Positions 58,329-64,000 of a DNA stretch of 64,000 nucleotides are shown here, piece after piece (within the stretch, counting starts at the first letter, position 1; every line of letters starts with the position of its first letter). A program made the translations under genes and the position numbers. This stretch comes from Octopus vulgaris. Lineage: Eukaryota. The stretch covers positions 10,478,001-10,542,000 of the forward strand of contig OX597831.1 in assembly GCA_951406725.2 (NCBI GenBank). Reading direction: 5' to 3'. The notes below the pieces were generated by a model, which saw nothing but the letters and a program-made list of their open reading frames with translations, searched no databases and was not told the origin of the DNA.

Positions 58329-59759
58329 TGTTCCGAATAAACAGATTATCTACAGATTAATCTACAGATTATTTTCTTAATCGATTGATTCTCCACTTGA
58401 ATTATTTCAATACATATCTGCATCCATGCTTCTTATATAACGATACATTGTTTGGATGACTCTGTGTAAATAATTGATTAGAAAAGATTTCTCTCCATGG
58501 AATGTCAAATATGCGAACATATTTCATACCAAATACCAATATTTACTGAAATAATTATTGTTCACTTCCAGCACGTATGTATATACCCTCATTTAAATAT
58601 TATTTTCCTTGTTTATTACTGGCCAGGCATTGTAGATATCATAACGTTATCTTCACTGGTCACATACATGGGATAATAAAGATAAGGAATTTATTACAGC
58701 AATTTTCCGCTTATTAATATATTGTCCACCGAAAATCACCATTATATACATATATTCTAGCATATCTTTAATATATTAGGGTTAGAGCTGACTCTGGTTC
58801 AACGGAACATGTGTGTGAGAAATCGATATACCATATATAATTTATCTAACATAGATTATTTAATTTCGGTATAGAAACCTATATTACCGCATAGTTTATT
58901 GTTGATTGACAGAAGAGATTCAGTTAAGGTTAGCGCGTTTCCTATCTTTAATATAATCACGTCCATTGATTTAATGTTTCGCGCTGCACATGTTAATATT
59001 GTTAATAATTTTATAAATAACCTGCGTAATTCACTAAAGTCCCAGGCAGGTTTGACAAAGTATCATTCCTTTTGTCATTGAGAGAGAAGTTTAATTATCA
59101 TTGATCATCTACACTGAAACTAATGTATTCCTACGGATTCATTCATTACGCTCTGATCTTATCAAATCCAGTTTGCAAAGATTTTAGTCAGAAACTATGA
59201 AGTCCTGTGATTACAAACACATTAACGTGGTGCAATGGCCGAAATGCCAATGTTAAACAACGTTCCGTAATCTCTCAACATAATAGGACTCGTCTTGACA
59301 TTTGTTCGAAAATGCAATTCAGGTATTATGCATTTTATGATAACCTGCAATAACCTGTTAGGTATGAAACTATTGTTTAATACACATTATTCTCACAGAC
59401 GATTCTACAAGATTATTTCTAACTGCTAATGCTGTTAATTTTCCAGTTTTCTCATTTGATTCCTCAGAGAGTTTTCATTAGCCAGTGTCTAATAAAAGTT
59501 GAAGACTGGAGCATTTAAAACAAAATCTACAAAGGGTATTACTGCTGAACCTCCACTCATATTAGCAGCGATACACTTACATATGCACACATCCACACGT
59601 CAAAGTCGCTAATCCCTATCTACACATTCACCCATATACCTACACACGCGCACCTTCGTTTTGGTATCACCAGTACCTTATTATCTCCCCTTTTTCCTAG
59701 TACTCCTGTCCAACTAGCTTTTTCCAACCAGTCGCCATGATTGACTGCTTATTTCACAT

Positions 59760-59924
59760 TTTTAAAAAAATTGTCTCTCAGGGTTTTTTTTCCTCTCAAT
59801 CGTTTCTGTTGAAGAGCATAGACTCGAAAGGTAAAAAAACCAGCTCATCTTCCCGAGTGTCATACTAATGCAGCTGCCAGTTGCACCTACACCTGTCTTC
59901 AAGTTTTGTTTTTCGGTAAATGTC

Positions 59925-59927
<3 letters not shown>
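59760..59927 (+). mobile_element. Short element with hammerhead-like core, ending in (TA)n
   Basis: ttt-CTGTTGA-a-gagc ataga ctc-GAAAG-GTA-aaa at 59803-59836. Homologous to 14790-14996. Confidence 0.65.
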
Positions 59928-59962
<35 letters not shown>

Positions 59963-60125
59963 AAATTGTGTATTATAATGAGTATTATGTATCGCAATTT
60001 GCAGCACCAGCATAATATTCAATCGAATACTCATCTAGTAACGACCATTTTTTGTTGTTGTCTGTTTCTCAAAGTATTTAACTATTATATCCCCAAATAT
60101 ATAAGAATTGATATATATTCCTCTA

Positions 60126-60337
60126 AGGCAGCGTGCTGGCAGAAATGTTAGCAGGCCGGGCGAAGTACTTAGCGTTCTGAGTTCAAATTCCGCCGATGTC
60201 GATTTTGCCTTTCATCCTTTTGGGGTCGATTAAATAAGTGCCAGTTATGCACTCGTGTAGATGTTATCGACTTAATCGATTTGTCTCTCTTTGTTTGTCC
60301 CCTCTATGTTTAGACCCCTCTGAGCAATAAAGAAATA
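60126..60337 (+). mobile_element. SINE family A
   Basis: aaggcagcgtgctggcagaaatgttagc...ttgtttgtcccctctatgtttag..aataaagaaata. Confidence 0.85.
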
Positions 60338-60419
60338 AATAGATACATATTCCTCTATTTCATTCCCTAAATTAATTCGATGTAAATTACCTGGATCTTT
60401 TGATTCTACCGTTAGCAAT

Positions 60420-60640
60420 TTCTTTAAATTTTGGTAAAGGGCCAGCAAATCTTTAGGGGAAAGTAAACTTAGTCGATCGCATCTGTCTCAGAACTTCACC
60501 GGTGCAATACTTTATCAACCCCGAAAGAATGAAAGGAAAATATTGACCTCACTGTTATTTGAACTGTGATCATAAAGAACTGCAAATTCTGCAAAGCAAG
60601 TACTCCCACGTGCCCAAACGTTTCTACCAATTCGTCGCCT
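60420..60640 (-). mobile_element. SINE family A, degenerate, tail-to-tail with the previous copy
   Basis: tactttatcaaccccgaaagaatgaaagg...acgtttctaccaattcgtcgcc. Confidence 0.65.
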
Positions 60641-61502
60641 TTTTTATGTAAATAATAACCAATAAACTGCATCGGTTTGTGTAATTCCTTTTACGAATCT
60701 GCACTGCCATATGTTCAAGCTTAATACTTTAGCCAAATAAAATATGATTGACTACATATGTATATCGTGGATACATTCGAGACTTCACAAACTAATTCAT
60801 CTCTTTCACGCATGGTGGAGTAGTATTATTGCCTTGTATACATTTTTCCATAAATCGGGGGATCAATAAGTTCAAAAGCAGCTAAATATATTGATCGAAA
60901 ACAAAGAGATTGAAGGTAATATGTCGTGACTTATATTGTATTATTTGAAACTAGTTCAATACATGTCGCTTTACTAGTGGCAAATGGTAATGTATTAAAT
61001 TTAAAGTTTTTTATATTTAGAAGAGTAACATAAAATGTAGAGTATTTTCATATTAAAAACAGATTCTTTCAAACAACTGGTGAATTTTCAGAGACGTAGA
61101 TGTTATATTATTCTATTCTTTTATTTGTTTCAGTTATTTTGAATGGGGCCATGTGGATACATAACTAAATGAATGGAAATCGAACCGATGCGTGTGTTAA
61201 ATCAAATAATAAGGCGTTAAAAGAGAATGACTCTGCCCAAACACAAATGTGTGTGTGCGTGTGTGTGTGGGGGGTGTATGTGTATATGTATATATTTACA
61301 TATCATACATAGACACGCATACACATACACACAGATACACACACATAGACACACACGCACGCACGCTCAATCACACACACATTAGTATTTAAATATATAT
61401 GCATGTATATACATAATGTAATGTCCAGGGTTGGTTAACTCGTTTCTATCTATCTTTCTATCATTCTGTCTATCTATCTATATATCTATATATCTATCTT
61501 TC

Positions 61503-61586
<84 letters not shown>

Positions 61587-61588
<2 letters not shown>

Positions 61589-62065
61589 ATAAGTTAAGAT
61601 AATTTTTGGGCTCAAAAAGCAAAATGCAAGGCCATGTAGGAGGACATGGAGTTATGTACAGGGAGGGTGTTCATGCAAAGAGTTCAGGCCATTTCTGGTC
61701 AAGAGAGACTTTGACCCGAGCGGTCGTTGGCATCTTCACTATCTCATCCGGCAGCTTATTCCACAGATCCGCAAACCGGACGGAGAAAGTCCCTCTCCTT
61801 CGATTGAAATGAAATCGTCGCAGATAGAGCTTTTCGGAGTGACCCCGCAGCCGACGCTCTGGAGCAGGAGTGAAAAACAGCTCTTTCGAGATGTTACACT
61901 TTCCGCTTATGATGTGAGCAAGAATGAGATCACCACGGCGTCGTCGTTTTTCTAGAGAATAAAAGTCGAGCGTCTTCAGCCTTTCTTCATAAGACAAATG
62001 CTTGAGACCAAGAACCATGCGGGTAGCCAGCTTCTGGACTCTTTCGAGATGATGTATGTCTTGTG
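61587..62065 (-). mobile_element. CR1 LINE 3' end (ORF2 C-terminus plus 3' UTR), 5'-truncated
   Basis: Reads [66 protein letters not shown]. The frame is intact to the stop at 61671. Confidence 0.95.
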
Positions 62066-62070
62066 TGTAC

Positions 62071-62101
<31 letters not shown>

Positions 62102-62127
62102 TGTATGTATGTATGTATGTATGTGTG

Positions 62128-62170
<43 letters not shown>

Positions 62171-62242
62171 AGAGAGAGAGAGAGAGAGACACACACACTC
62201 ACACGCATGTACACACACATACACACGCACACAGACACACAA

Positions 62243-62307
<65 letters not shown>

Positions 62308-62310
<3 letters not shown>

Positions 62311-62448
62311 TTTTCTAGTCTAGGTACAAGGCTCGAAATGTTTGGAGAGGGGTGCCAGTCGATTAGATCGACCCCAGTACACGACTGATACTTAATTTAT
62401 AGAACCCGAAACGATGAAAAACAAAGTCGACCTCGGCAGAATTTGAAC
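62308..62448 (-). mobile_element. SINE family A 3' half
   Basis: ttcttttctagtctaggtacaaggc...gatcgaccccagtac...aaagtcgacctcggcagaatttgaac. Confidence 0.8.
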
Positions 62449-62768
62449 GCGTCTGTATAAGTATATACGCATGACTATGTTACTGTATACATATGTGTGC
62501 ATTTATAAATACGTACGGACGCATGGATTTCCTGAATACATTAATTTGTTTACATGAATATATGTGTATATAAAATTCAACACTCCGTATGTACTCTTCT
62601 CACTTTCTCATACGCGCGCATATACTCTCCTTCCACGACCACCACACGCACACACACACTCCTATTTTTATAATGCACAATACTGAAAGGAAGAAAATAA
62701 AGTGATAACGTGGGTAATTTCTTATTCATGAGACAATCGATGTAGGAAATTGAAAGTAATCCATTTAT

Positions 62769-62809
<41 letters not shown>

Positions 62810-62978
62810 CGTGTGTGTGTGTGTGTGTTCGTATCTGTGTGTTTGTGTGTGTGTGTGTGTGTTTGTGTGTGTGTTTGTGTGTGTGTGTTCGTATCTGTGT
62901 GTTTGTGTGTGTGTGTGTGTGTTTGTGTGTGTGTTTGTGTGTGTGTTTGTGTGTGTGTATGTGTGTGTGTTCGTATCT

Positions 62979-63045
<67 letters not shown>

Positions 63046-63150
63046 CGTATCTGTGTGTTTGTGTGTGTGTGTGTGTGTGTTTGTGTGTGTGTTTGTGTGT
63101 GTGTTTGTGTGTGTGTGTATGTGTGTGTGTTCGTATCTGTGTGTTTGTGT

Positions 63151-63199
<49 letters not shown>

Positions 63200-63219
63200 C
63201 GTGTGTGTGTGTTCGTATC

Positions 63220-63269
<50 letters not shown>

Positions 63270-63298
63270 TGTGTGTGTTTGTGTGTTTGTGTGTGTGC
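62769..63298. repeat. (GT)n array with higher-order unit
   Basis: The marker ttcgtatctgt recurs six times within (GT)n. Confidence 0.9.
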
Positions 63299-64000
63299 GC
63301 GGCGATATATATACATGGTGAAATTTTCAGACAAAAGCAGTTGGAGTTTGAAAAAAATCAATATATTTTAGGTAATATATATATATTTATGTGTACAAGT
63401 GTGTGTGTATCTGTGTGTGTGCGCGCGTGTGCGTGCGTAGGATTGTAAATATGTGTGAAAATGTGTCTCTGAGAACCGTATTCTTCTTTGTGTGTCTGTG
63501 TATTTCTATGTGTGTGTCTGTATTTATGTGCTTTGATTAAATACAATTGCAACGATAGAGTTGAATGAATGTGTTACAGAATCTGATGGTTAAAGTTTTT
63601 GCGTATTTTTATTTCTATTTTAGTAACGAGTCGCTTTCGGGCAAGCGATTTTATATCGGTCTAATCTATAATTAAACATCGACTGTGAATGACCCACTTG
63701 ATAAAGATATTGAAGAAAAAAGGGAAACTATATCCTGTGATTGGGTTATTGATTAAAATCCATCGGTTTTATATAATTGTCTTTACAATTGCATTCGACT
63801 GCAAACATTATTAGTGTTAATCCGTGGATGTATTGAATATTCATTTTATTTCTAAAGTCGTCGAAATTTGGGATTCTGAGATTTTTGGTTTATCAGACTA
63901 AAAAAAAAAAACTTATCTGAGATGTTGAAAATAATGTAAAGTAGTTTAGTAGAAAAATTAATCCCGATATGCGTCAGGGAAAAAACGCTTCTACTATACA

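Noticed and set aside
62750-63448. VC/TH-repeat ORFs
   Set aside because: (GT)n artefacts. The same applies to all YI/IY, YVCM and HT ORFs in the track.

Overview
AT-rich, microsatellite-saturated eukaryotic DNA. The SINE families and (TA)n/(TTA)n/(TATG)n density look like a coleoid cephalopod, probably Octopus (inference). No complete protein-coding gene is visible; almost all supplied ORFs are microsatellite artefacts. The window is a patchwork of mobile-element remnants: CR1, RTE and R4/Dong-type LINEs, Penelope-like (GIY-YIG) fragments, a DD37D maT transposon, pogo/Tigger-type MITEs, a complete non-autonomous Helitron and three tRNA-derived SINE families. The most striking pattern is about ten minimal type-I hammerhead-ribozyme-like motifs, mostly with variant cores (CCGAUGA, CCGACGA, CUGUUGA). 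They sit in short non-coding elements and asymmetric fold-backs, most bracketed by (TA)n, which suggests a family of non-autonomous Penelope-like/retrozyme-like elements. Two minus-strand micro-exons (26 + 46 nt) join into an open, frame-preserving 72-nt cassette, hinting that much of the window is intronic. All calls were made by eye; boundaries are approximate unless termini are quoted.
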